A DNA stretch of 64,000 nucleotides from a virus: the IMG/VR virus record IMGVR_UViG_3300033145_003080, positions 1 to 64,000 of that record; one strand, written 5' to 3'. This document shows positions 20,889 through 32,829 of the stretch, piece after piece. Each line of letters starts with the position of its first letter. The stretch's first letter is position 1. The notes below the pieces were generated by a model. That model searched no databases and had not been told where the DNA came from. It was given only the letters and a program-made list of their open reading frames with translations. Made by a program: the position numbers and the translations under genes.

Positions 20889-21822
20889 TAAAAAAAAGGC
20901 AGAGAAACCCTGCCTTATTCTATCATAATCAAACCAACTTTTTTAAAGAGCCATGAAAGCCAGCCCGTTTTCAACTTTACTAATTTGTGTCCTTTTCTCT
21001 GACACACCCAGCATGGTGAAAATGACCCGTTATTCATTTCGAACACAGCGTGCTCTTTACCGCATACTGCACATGGCTTCACAGAAATTATGTATGTCCA
21101 TCTTCGTTTTCTTCTTTTACTTCGAGACATAGGTCGATAATACATTCAGGAACGCCATGTTCGAATTGTGTTTTGCCAGCAAGTTCGAGGGCGACTTTCT
21201 TCGCTGTTTCTTCATCGTCTGCTGTTACACGAAACTCTTCCATGGCAGTAGCTGCTTTTACTACTGAAATATCAAAATCCGGCACTGCAACCTCCTTGTT
21301 TAAAAATAATTATATCTAACTATAGATATACCATAAATGGGATGATAATAACTAAAAAAAAGATAGCTGGCATAATAACGGCCAGACTATCTCTTTTCAT
21401 TTTTAATTACTGTCGAAGAAATGATAATAAAACACTTCATCAATCCTTTACTTGTTAACTCCCACCTTTATCCCAGTTGCGGGTCATTTTAACAAATCTA
21501 CCATATTGATCACCGGTAAGCGCCCGCACCATTTGGTCAAGGGCGTACGCTTTATGGTGTGCTCCATCAGCAGTACCATAATCCATTGCTATTCTGAGAG
21601 CTTTGATAATTCTACCAGTTGGCTCTCCTATCTTAAACGGATCAATGCCGAGCGCATCAATACACCCAGCAAAACATATACCAGTGCGATCGCACTCAAG
21701 GCAATCAGGCGGTTCTTCATTATTAAAACTCTTTTGCTCGGCTGCCATATCAGCGGCATCACGACGTTTTTCGAACTCATGGTCGTTTTGGGAATCCTTT
21801 TGCCCATTAGTTAACTTCTCGC

Positions 21823-22191
21823 TCATGCTGTAACCTCCACATCAGGTCTTTTATCCTTTGCCAGTTTGTCCTGCATGAGACGCTCTGCTATCAAGGCTTC
21901 AAGCAAGTGAAGATAATTCTGAGCGTCGCCGATTTTATCATCAATCCACTTCTGGTCGATGTAATCATATTCACCCAGCCCAATATCACGAATAGCATCA
22001 AATATAGCTATATTATGTTTCTCAACCATTCCATGCAATGCCAGTTCTGGCGTTTCATGTTTACGCATCGCAGCTTCTTTGAATTGGTGTAATCGGTCCT
22101 CACGGCCGTATCTTCTACCTTTACTGGAAAGGATAGCTAAGTTCTTCTCCATTCGCTTTTTTACAAGAGCGTCAAAAGTGGCGTAGTCCAA
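21823..22191 (-). CDS. MazG-like/DUF1599-type alpha-helical nucleotide-modification-associated protein
   Basis: K..xYG...L.xF...K.GD..NYL.LL pattern. Confidence 0.5.
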   Translation of the reverse strand: MDYATFDALVKKRMEKNLAILSSKGRRYGREDRLHQFKEAAMRKHETPELALHGMVEKHNIAIFDAIRDIGLGEYDYIDQKWIDDKIGDAQNYLHLLEALIAERLMQDKLAKDKRPDVEVTA

Positions 22192-22943
22192 TTATCCTCC
22201 TTTTACTTTTCGATAATGTTTCAAAATATCTTTGAGTGAATTCATCCCAGTTTTGGCGACGAATCCAACAATTTCATCAAAATAATCCATACCTTTATGC
22301 AAGAGTGTCTCAGATGTAACTGCGCACCCCTGTTTAGGATCATGGTACAGCTCGTAATACTCATTACCATCCATAAAGAAGTGGTCGGTACTTGATGACC
22401 TGATAACAAATAGGTGGTGCTTATCAATATATTTACGATAGTCAACCCAATCGACTACAGGGTCACCAGTATTAAACTTGACAGTTTTCTTCCCGACACG
22501 TAGGTCAAACGATTTGTATGATGACTGCTTCGGCTCATCATAATCTACTAATAGAAATCCTTGTTGGTTCATGGCATTCTGGCATGCTCTGGAATTTCAT
22601 GCACCACACCATCACAACCTGGGTAAGGACATGCTTTATGAATATCTTCACTAAACCCAACACAATCCTTTGCGCATTTTCCGCAGGTAAGAATTTTGTA
22701 TCCGCACACATCTTTAGACTTTGTTGAAGTAAAAACCTCCTCAATACACTTTTCTCTTCTGGTTATTTCGCCACCATCACCAATCCGCGGTCCGGTTGAT
22801 TTGCATTTAGTAGTACATTGTAGAAAATACTCAATCTCTTCATTATTGCTTACATATTCGCGACTCAAACTCATCGTCTCACCGCAGTATAAACAATAAT
22901 ATTTAACTGTGCCTTTTTTCTTTATTAATGCCATCTATCCTCC

Positions 22944-23510
22944 TTACCTAATTCTAAACATCGGTTTTATCCACGGTTCATCAACGAGGCGAAAGAACTC
23001 CTCCTCGGTCGGAACCGGTATTATTACGTCAGTACCTTCCCAGCGGAGATATCCGCCCTTTGATTCCATTCCGACCTTCTTGGTTTCTTTATCAATCATT
23101 CGTTTTGAGTATTCAACCGGACCGGTCCGAAACATAACCATCAGACCGTAGTTATCTCGAGTAACCATGTATAGATTAATTATAACATCATACTCAGGAT
23201 GGAGTCGCTGAGTATATTTACCTTTCTCAGGATCACCCTTCATCTTCAACCATAAGTTAACCAACTTGATAAAACCACCAGTGCGGGTGGGCCCGAAATT
23301 AAGAAGATCGGTCTGTATAGTTATTAATTTCGGGACACAGACAATAGAAATGCTATCCCCCTTACTCCGATCGCGCCTGAGCCAGTCAACAACACAGATG
23401 CCCTTCTCTTCGCAGTGAGGAAAAAGATCCATACATATCGCAGTTGCGATCTTCTCTCCTTCTGCTTTTAGAATACAACCATCATTTGACTTCAATAGTG
23501 TCTTTTGCAT
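22944..23510 (-). CDS. Mini DNA polymerase X-family protein, catalytic residues substituted
   Basis: LRR, FRTGP and PTEEEFF...PWIKP..R PolX motifs; likely start ATG 23510. Confidence 0.65.
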   Translation of the reverse strand: MQKTLLKSNDGCILKAEGEKIATAICMDLFPHCEEKGICVVDWLRRDRSKGDSISIVCVPKLITIQTDLLNFGPTRTGGFIKLVNLWLKMKGDPEKGKYTQRLHPEYDVIINLYMVTRDNYGLMVMFRTGPVEYSKRMIDKETKKVGMESKGGYLRWEGTDVIIPVPTEEEFFRLVDEPWIKPMFRIR

Positions 23511-24146
23511 CACTATCCCCCTTCGGCCATTCAAAATCAGATGGAGTCTCAGGTTCTTTCCTATCTGCAAAAAAAGAAAGGCAATATCCATGAGGGTCAT
23601 ATCCCATCAACATCATCGCATTCTCTACATCCCCCTGTATGTCAGCATAGAAAAAGAACTCCTTTTTATCCCATGTGCGCGTTCTGATTCCAGTGTCAGA
23701 AAGTACGTGTACTTCATCAGGGATGCCATCGGTTCTCTTCTCTAAAGTGGGCATACTCTTCTGCCCGAGAAACAATCCTTCGTCCCCGGCGGTCCCGATA
23801 AGCTCCTTCCTATCTTCTTCGCTTATTGTCTGTTGGTAAGCCAGTATCTCCACTATCTTCAATAGTGTTCTTTGCATCGTCATCCTCCTTTTCCCAAATG
23901 TGATCAAGTCCAGCAAGGGCTCGTTTCATACAGGTTTTACAAATACCTTTCTTGCCAACGTTTCCGCGCCAGATAGAAAAGGATTCACCATCATCCCTAT
24001 TTGCGGCATACCTACACATTGGACCTTCAACATCACCAAACGTACCCTGGTACAAATGTGCGAGCGGTGGGTGTGGGTAATCCCTGCCAAGGCCGGCTAT
24101 ATATCCTTTAGGGACTTTATATTTATCATAAACTCTCTCTGCCAAT

Positions 24147-24710
24147 TTATCCTCCCAGCCTATCTTTCATTATTGTGGCTACTTCGTCCATGTTACTACC
24201 ATCATAACGAATGACCTGAAGATGATAGTATTTTTCGTTGTAATTATGCGCAGGCATAATGACAAGACCCCGCGGTCTCCATTTCAACCATTTCTCTATA
24301 TGTTCAGGCCAATCGTCTACTAAAACTTTACCATAAATGAGCCCTTTGTCTCGAGTGATTGTGACATCAACATTATCAGTATTTTGATTTATCCACATTT
24401 TCTTACCCATCCACGACTTGGGATTTTTTCTTGGACCCTGTGTTAATATCATTCTTTTATAACCAAGGTGCCCCGCTAACGTCCAGATATCAAATCCTAG
24501 TTCTAACCTTTTAAGACTCGTCCACCAGCTTGTTTTGGAAAGTATTAAATCTCTCCGCGCCTTTAAATAATCAGGAAGAGTATTTCTTCCAAATTCAACA
24601 TATGGAGGTTCTAAGGGCGACTCTAACGCTTCCATACTATCACGCAATGCGGTCTCATAATCACATAACGTTCCATCCATATCAAACAAAGCAATATCTT
24701 CTGGTTTCAT
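24147..24710 (-). CDS. HAD-family 5'(3')-deoxyribonucleotidase
   Basis: FDMDGTLCD motif I, K..W, VLVDD, HNYN. Confidence 0.8.
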   Translation of the reverse strand: MKPEDIALFDMDGTLCDYETALRDSMEALESPLEPPYVEFGRNTLPDYLKARRDLILSKTSWWTSLKRLELGFDIWTLAGHLGYKRMILTQGPRKNPKSWMGKKMWINQNTDNVDVTITRDKGLIYGKVLVDDWPEHIEKWLKWRPRGLVIMPAHNYNEKYYHLQVIRYDGSNMDEVATIMKDRLGG

Positions 24711-26280
24711 AATATTTCCTTTTATATAAAGTGGGTGGCGGTTGCCTGGTGATGTCAGACCGGAGGATAAAAGGCCAAAACATCACGCCGCCACCCTTCC
24801 GGAATTACTCCTGCAAATCAAACCCAATCATTTCAGCAATACCATACATACTGTCATCGCATTCGTGATAAATTTTATTTATCTTGTCAGCTTCTGCCAT
24901 TTCATAGCTTGTCTCAGTAGCCAAGAGGGTCCGCATTGAATTGACCACACCAATCATCTCTTCAGGTGTTTTCTTTAATTCTTCGCCACACCTCATACAT
25001 TTAAACACTAACTTCATTTTCTTTTTTGTCATAGCCAATCTCCATTTTAAAGCGAATCGATAAATGCTTGAGTTTTTGCAACCAGGCTTTGAAAATTATC
25101 AGCTTCTATATTTTGCAAGCCTTTGTACCTCCACGGGCAAATCGAATTCTTGCCTCATACTCAATAGGCCTTGTCTCATCAAAAATATTTTTACTTATTT
25201 CGAACGTAATTGATTTGATATTTTTCTTTTTGAATGGATCTTTAAATTCAACAATCCCTGTTGCTGCGTTTATTAAATTAGGCATCTCCACGTTATCCTC
25301 CAGGAAAAAGTACTTCATTTAAATCTGGGATTTTATTACCATCAGCAAGCATTTGAAGATGGTATATACATACGTGATAATGAACAATGTTTACACACTG
25401 GATTGTGAAAAACGGTGATGCAAATGTCGTATTGTTCATCATGTAACACACACTTATAAGTAAATTTTCTTCGTTAAGCAGATAGCTCAATTCAGTATTC
25501 TTATCATGGATTCTATATTCCACAATATCCTCCTTTACGTTTGCGTTTCAAGGCAGGCAAGCCTTGTTCAACGAACTTTCGTACATTTGACCTTTGGTCT
25601 TTCTTTTTAAAAATAGTACCCTGAGTGCTTATGAATTTACACTTAGGGCAAATAAAGCCCGGGAAGTGGCAAAATACCACCCCCGAGCGCATTTCTGTAT
25701 TACATTCAGGGCATATCATAACATTATTTAGCTCCTTCAAACTCAAGTATCCAAATATTGTTATTATTTATCTCTTCCTTCTCATGCTGGACTATGTTCC
25801 AATCCTTATATATCTCAGGTTCCCCGGCATGATTAAGTAAGAATGATGAATCCTCTCCCTCCTGAAGCATTAAACAGAAAAAGGGAGCTTGGCCTTTATA
25901 TTTCAACAACCACTCATAAACGGTCAGCAGATCAGCACACACAGTCTCTTGTTTCGGTACTGGTATATTAACCTTCATTTGAGATGTTGGTCTTTTATAA
26001 CCGATTACTTTTCCAATGATATCTTTGATTTTAGGCATTTTGGCTTATCCTCCAAAATAGCGGGGTTATATGATGAAAGACCCATCTTTCGAATGGGTCT
26101 CAGTAAATGTATTTAAGAATTTACAAAACTCACCCGTTGCAGCTAAAACCGATATAATATTCTGGATAGGCATTTGAGTCGATTCGCTTATTTCTATAGC
26201 ATTGACAACTTCCTGAAATATTATATCAACCTTATCCTTCAACACTTCTAATTCATTTTTTACCATGTATACTCCGATTG

Positions 26281-26691
26281 TTATCTGAGAGACGGAACGC
26301 CAATCTTCTTTTGCCTCCTGGTTGCCTCAAGTATCGGCATGTTGGCTTCAGTAGGAATATAAATCGTTTCAGAAGTACCATCATGCAAACCTTTAACCCA
26401 CAACCATTGAATGTATGGTGTAGTCAATTGTTTATCGATAATAGCAACCGCCCTGGCTGTTCCATGAGCGCGGATGGTATCCTCTGCAAGTCTATGTGTC
26501 GCCGCCCCTTTTCCAGCTTCAGCTTCCTCGATTATTATCATCCTGTCATATTTTGCTTCTTCCAATGCAGCCTTTCCCTTTAACGTTTTTGAATACACTG
26601 TATATTTAGGTATACCCCACATTGCAAACGCAATAAGTAATATTGATAAAATCGTATAAAGAGTATACTGCAAAACCTTATTGTTTATCAT
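26281..26691 (-). CDS. Membrane-anchored SPFH/band-7-like phage protein
   Basis: N-terminal TM helix; YIQWLWV...IYIPTEANMPILEA C-terminus. Confidence 0.55.
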   Translation of the reverse strand: MINNKVLQYTLYTILSILLIAFAMWGIPKYTVYSKTLKGKAALEEAKYDRMIIIEEAEAGKGAATHRLAEDTIRAHGTARAVAIIDKQLTTPYIQWLWVKGLHDGTSETIYIPTEANMPILEATRRQKKIGVPSLR

Positions 26692-26739
26692 CAGATTTCC
26701 TTTCTCCTAATTTTAGGACGTTTTAGTAAGTATTAGTAA

Positions 26740-27024
26740 CTATTGATATACAGCTTCGACAATACCATCGACAGCCTGTTTGAAAAACTCTTTCATAGCC
26801 GTTTTCTGATCATAATTGCGATCAGCCACTTTAAGCATCCACGGATATGTATATACTATTTTGAGAAGAGCCATAAGCTCTGGAGACGGGGCAGCTGCTT
26901 TCTCAGCTCTCTTTATTGCTCCGTGCTCCAGGTCCAGGGCATGTTCAAGTTGTGCATCAGTAACTCCAAGATCTTTTCTGATAGCAGCTATCAAAGTTTT
27001 TACTTTACGATATTTCATCTTCAT
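26740..27024 (-). CDS. XRE-like helix-turn-helix protein
   Basis: IRKDLGVTDAQLEHAL...IKRAE...P pattern. Confidence 0.55.
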   Translation of the reverse strand: MKMKYRKVKTLIAAIRKDLGVTDAQLEHALDLEHGAIKRAEKAAAPSPELMALLKIVYTYPWMLKVADRNYDQKTAMKEFFKQAVDGIVEAVYQ

Positions 27025-27460
27025 CCTCCATATGGACAGGTTGCTGGTGATTTGGGCCTTCTACATATTTCATATTTGCAGCGAAATGGAACACATAATC
27101 ATCAGCTGCCAAACGATCGGTTACATGGACTGGATTGGTTTCATAGTCCCCCTTAAATCCACATGGGCCTTGACCCCATTGATTAACATCCCCTCTTACT
27201 CCAATCCAATTGCCGATACAATACTCTGCAATAAATGTTGATGGTATTAAAGCATCCCTGTAGTCCTTAACAGAGGCAATATAACCACAGGAAGGACATA
27301 TAAATTTCCACTTATTCATATCAGAAGTTTTAAATATCAACTCGCCCATTAGCTTCCAGTTTTCGTGAGATATGATTATCTTACGCCTGGCATTAAATCC
27401 AAATCTACCAACAAGTTTCCGGGCCTGTTCAGGAACGTATAATGGTGGCTTATTATCCAA
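27005..27460 (-). CDS. VVA0879-like Cys-rich phage protein
   Basis: WKFICPSCG...DY...CIG...C...P.HV...F.FA. Confidence 0.5.
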   Translation of the reverse strand: MDNKPPLYVPEQARKLVGRFGFNARRKIIISHENWKLMGELIFKTSDMNKWKFICPSCGYIASVKDYRDALIPSTFIAEYCIGNWIGVRGDVNQWGQGPCGFKGDYETNPVHVTDRLAADDYVFHFAANMKYVEGPNHQQPVHMEDEDEIS

Positions 27461-30400
27461 TTATCCCTCCACGGTTATTTTGACACGACGACATTTACGA
27501 TAAGCACGTTTTCTAAATTCGTCAGCTTTTTCCCACTTATCATAATTCGTCAAGTCTTTTACTTTTTTCTTTAATAATTTAGCCAGCTTCTCTTTTCTAA
27601 AATTAGCACCATCAGCGAAATATCTGAAACAACTTTTATCAGGATCGCAGTGCTTCTTTTTCCATTTTGGGTGGCAGGTGTCAGTATTTGCCCCATCAAT
27701 TTTCCCATCACAAAGTTTCAGTAGATTTTTACCGGTTGAAATTGAATAGCAGTAAACCGTTACTTTTTTCCGCCGACTCATAACACCTCCTAGACGTCAG
27801 GGTACTTTTGTTTTAACCTCGCCAGCTCAGCGAGCTCTTTCTCCTCTGCTTCTTTCTCCTCATCATGCTTATCAACATGTCTTTTGAATTCTTTCAGGTC
27901 TGATATACTGACAGGCTGTGATTTCTCTACCTCAAGAATGAGAATCGATTGGACCTTATCAAGCCCACATAAGAATTCAGAGCTATCTTCCAAATCTTTA
28001 GCAGGAGCAAGCATGAGTTTTACCATTTCCTGCGCACCAGCCATGTCAACACAACCTTCAAGCCGCATCCAGTTTTTATTACAACCGATGCTATGATCGC
28101 AACCCTCCCCGACACCTACTACTAAAACCCAAAACTGATTCATTGATCCTCCTCATTAATTTTACGTAAAAATCTCTACACTCCAAGGTCGATTTGAAGA
28201 ACATCGTCATCCTTAAGTGATTCAATCTTCTGCAAGATGCTTGCGTAATGGCTGATTTTCTCGATATCGTCCCCATCTTCCATATCATAACCATGTTTTT
28301 CCTCGTTCAGCCAATCATGCTCGAGAAGTTCCTTCTTCTCCACAACATACGGATCTTCATCCGGCAAATCCCCTTCATCTTCAAGAAAGGTATAAAGGGC
28401 AGTGACCTCTTCGTCATTCAACTCAGGGTCGTAACGCACAAACTCAAGTTTTTTCATTTACGTTTACTCCTCTTTTTTTAAAGTAATCAAGTTATTCTGT
28501 TTATTTTTTCTCCTTACGGACAAGCTTCGATAAATCAAGTGGAACTTTTTCATGCCAATCAGATGGTCCATCCTTATGCACAATAATGTTCCACATAATC
28601 CAGAAATTGAGAGTCCAGAATAAAAAATTCAACTCTATATGAAACGATTTCCAACTCCTGTTCCATCCACTGTGAACGCCTTGAGGCCAAGTTCTGATAC
28701 CAAACCCCATACCTCTATAAATAAAGTGTTTACCAAGAAAGAAACCTTTCGTAGTAATATACAGATTGTACATACCATTCTTTATCGGCCTCCATTGTAT
28801 TTTATACCATCCCGGATCTTTTTCAGGCCACATTTCTTTTAGAGGTCGCAGTTTTTTAAGAAATTCATAATCACAACTTACAGTCACCTCCTAATCTACT
28901 CGAGTGAGCTTGTCATTCTTTTTACATTGGGGGCACCATGGGGCCGATACCCCTATTTTGTCAGATGTCGGCGTGCCGTAACACGGGCCTACATATCCAC
29001 AATGGCCACATTTGTACTTATTTTTTACACTCTCAGGATTTTTATTATCATTTCTAATAGCAAAATCACTCGAAGTCCATTCGCAGACTTCTCCATTAAC
29101 ATCGGGTATATTAACAGGCTTGGTATTACATTTTACTGCGATCTCAAGCTCTTCACCAATACCAGCATAATCGATAATAATAAGAGCTTTGCTGTTATGG
29201 GCCTCAACAGCAGTTTGCACATCTTCCATATTTAATAACCCATGTGTGTGAAAAAACATTAACCCCCTCCTTCCGGTTTGAATTGGTTTTCGAATCCTCC
29301 TTATTTTTCTCGTGTCATTCCCCACAAAGTATCCCTGATCAGTTTGTGAATATTCCAAAAATATTCTGCGTATATGGACAAAACTGCTATCCAAACGCGC
29401 AATATAATAGCGATCCACTTTATACGATTGTTATACCAGTTTTATCCATAAGATAACCAGCTCTATATGACTACTCATTGCGCAGCCTCCTCTCCTGGAA
29501 AAGCTTCTCCGAGCGCGCCATGCACTTCGCCCTCAATTGAGGTCTCCGGCTCTGTATCCCTGTCGTGTAAAATTCCCGGTTTAAGAGGAGCGAAACTCAT
29601 TGCACTTAAATCTGGCATAAGAGCCGCATCCACACTTGCATCACAAAACATGCTCCTCAACGGCGGTATTGGTGCTGGAATACCAAGAAACGTTATATCA
29701 GTGGGGCATAATATCGCCAACCTCCTGCTTTTTATATTTTCAGCAATAACAACTATCTTGCCGTCATGCTGATACAGTCCATGGAAATAAAAGCTATTAC
29801 CATGATCGTCTCTACATTTTTTCATTTATTATGCCCTCTTTATTATTTCACAATTACAATCAATATTACGGCTATCGCAGAAATGTTTAATCCATATCCA
29901 TTCCACCTTTTCAGTCGTCAATCTTTCGAACGTTATAACTTTATCACCATAAGCATCCTGCAACATGCTGTTCCTGTTGACAAAAAAAAACCTGTTATTA
30001 TACATATCAACAGTAAATAAGACAGTGTCTGATACAAATAATAATCGATACAACAGGTTGAATCCCGGGTGATATTTTCCCTCTGTTTTAATAAGAACAT
30101 TTCCATACGGATTTAATTGAGATATTTTCTCTTTTGTCAAGCCTATTTGCTGCAGGTCTTTATCGTTTCTCAGGATGATTGAGATTCTATACGCTACCAT
30201 ATATCGTTCTCCCAAGTGTAACCAATGCGTTTATCTTTGCAATGTTCTGCAAATTGATTAAATATTCTAGGAACAAAAGTACCGATTAAATGAATATTAT
30301 TTGGATATTTTAGCTCAAATCTATATACCATACCATTAACCATAACTGGAAAACCTTTATAGTTCACGCAAGCTAATAAACCAAGTAACTGATATTCATT

Positions 30401-31024
30401 CTCATACGGAATCACGCTATTATCGATATATTTCAAATCATTTCCGTATCTTATATGCAGATTGTCCCTAATAACCTCTTTGGTAATATTTAAAGCCTGC
30501 ACATTACCCGTATTGCTCAGACCCATGATCAATCTAATTTTGTCAATCATACATCTGTCCTTTCTTGGGTTATATGATTTTATAATAAATATTTTTACTA
30601 TCAAAGTATTCACGAGAAATGTACAGTTCTTTAGTACTGCAATTTCTAGTTAAATTTATCTTTTGTATACCATTGATACTATCATTATAATATGCGGTTT
30701 CTCCTGTACAATTAAACATGTATGGTGTTATATTAGGGCCATCTATATATATCGGAATTGATGGAACCGCTATCTCTTCACCCGAAGTTTGGTCAATACC
30801 TATTACTAAAAGCCACAATCCATTAAACAAAGTTCGTTTCATAAAGAAATGATCGCTGAATAAGCTTTCATAACTCTCTTTCATTTGTATAATTAATTGT
30901 CTGGTTATACCCAGTGACAGTAAATCATCACTGCCACTGATTATAACCTGCATTGAATAAAACTCCCGGCCCCGGCGCACATATGGATCGTATAGCCCGG
31001 CAAACCGGGAATTAAGTACTGACA

Positions 31025-31792
31025 TTATATATTATCCAGGAAATGATCCGAGACAGAGTTGCCAACTGATATTGAATTAAATCCCCTCATTTCATGAGAT
31101 GCGACATAAGTCATAGCGGTATACAATCCAAAGAGAGTTGCCTGCTCAATATGCTCAATAACGCTTCCCCATTTTGATTTGGGAATTGTTGTGCTTCTAT
31201 ATGCAGCCTGGATGTCTTTGGTGGTTGCCGTTGCTTCTGTCATCTCCTGCAGCCTCGGTGCAATTGCAATAAGCTTCTCAGCTCCGACAGATATGTTTTC
31301 AACTGCATCATCAATCAGGAACGTTTCTTTGTCGCTATGGTAAATTGCGAAATAACCAAACCGGTTACGGGAAATGAACTGGTTCATACAATGATAATCG
31401 CAAGCAAACATTTCCAAGCCGAATTTACTACTGCCATCATAGGCGTTTCTCATCATCATACCCAGGTGGATCTGATGCTCTCCATTATTTTCCTGATGCG
31501 TATTAATCTGGGTTATTGGATCGATAGTAATAAAATAATGCGCGTACTTTCTACCATCCCAGATTAATTTTAATTCACGCCATTCACGGCCCGAACGACT
31601 TCTGATGTCATCACCGACATCTCTGGCAATTGAATTCTTTATCAAATGCCAGTCCTTATGCAGTATTCCTGCGAGTTCCCACTCGCCATCATCATTCTGT
31701 ACTCGAATACCTACTTTCGAGACAGCATCTCCGCCGACCTCTACCGGTTCCTGGCGAACTTCCGCAAACGGATTGGAGAAAATTCCTTTCAT
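31025..31792 (-). CDS. DUF932-like domain protein
   Basis: RNAYDGSS....F....C.N.......H motif. Confidence 0.55.
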   Translation of the reverse strand: MKGIFSNPFAEVRQEPVEVGGDAVSKVGIRVQNDDGEWELAGILHKDWHLIKNSIARDVGDDIRSRSGREWRELKLIWDGRKYAHYFITIDPITQINTHQENNGEHQIHLGMMMRNAYDGSSKFGLEMFACDYHCMNQFISRNRFGYFAIYHSDKETFLIDDAVENISVGAEKLIAIAPRLQEMTEATATTKDIQAAYRSTTIPKSKWGSVIEHIEQATLFGLYTAMTYVASHEMRGFNSISVGNSVSDHFLDNI

Positions 31793-32382
31793 ACAATCCT
31801 TTCTTCGAAGAAAAGTTAAAAAATAATAATTAGTGTATACATTATAGTAATTCCAGAATAGTTGATTTGATAACAGCTAAAAAAAAGCGCAAGTTAACTG
31901 CGCTCTTCTTTGCTATCAATGATTTCATTAACATGTTTTATAGCATTTTGTGTAAGCTCAGCGACACTATCAGATATCAAAGTCAAATCGATCTTTGGAA
32001 ATAATTTTGCAGTCTCAATGATCATCATTCTGGCAACATCTTCCGGCCTTTCAATTTTTTCGAAATCAATATTTTGAGCAACGGTGGATGATATAAGATT
32101 AAACAATACATCACATTCAGCGTATTCTATCTCATGCCCAATAATATTCTCTATGGCTGCTTTAATTGAATCAAACAATTTCGCCTGTTTCTTTACAATT
32201 TTGAAACTATCTATAAAAAATTCCATTGACGCACCAATCTCAGGCAATACAGTGCATAACCGTTTAATATTCTCTTCACGAGCTTTGGATATATTCAGAA
32301 TAATTCTTATGCATAATGTCTCCCGTTATGAATGAATAGTTATTTCCTTTACTATTATACTTATACCAAATTTTCGGGTTTT

Positions 32383-32829
32383 CTAACCATCCAGAATACC
32401 CAACCAGAGTCTCGTAACATCAGACAGGTCAGGCAGTTTGAATATATCCTTAATCGTCATGAACAGTTGCTCACTGTGCTTCTCAGGTTCTTTATTCTCA
32501 AGCGTACCAGTGTACTCCAACGCCTGAAAGATATGACTGTGCGTATGGACTATAACGTCATTCTTTTTATATACGAACATCCTGTCTTTTAGGAATACAG
32601 TCCTTGTTATAGTCAAACCGGTTTCCTCAAGCATCTCAAGACGAATTGTTTCATCAAGAGAGCTTCCCGGCATAACCTTGCCGGCAGGAATCGTCCATTT
32701 ACCAATCTTAACGTGTTTCTGCATTAGAACTTTCTCGCAACTCCTGTCCTTAATAACGACAGCAACGCCAGAGTGATCTATAAGATCCTCTGCGGTGTAT
32801 AACTCACTGTACGAAACCCTATGTATCAT
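32383..32829 (-). CDS. NUDIX hydrolase
   Basis: PAGKVMPG...IRLEMLEETGL Nudix box; EPEKH. Confidence 0.8.
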   Translation of the reverse strand: MIHRVSYSELYTAEDLIDHSGVAVVIKDRSCEKVLMQKHVKIGKWTIPAGKVMPGSSLDETIRLEMLEETGLTITRTVFLKDRMFVYKKNDVIVHTHSHIFQALEYTGTLENKEPEKHSEQLFMTIKDIFKLPDLSDVTRLWLGILDG

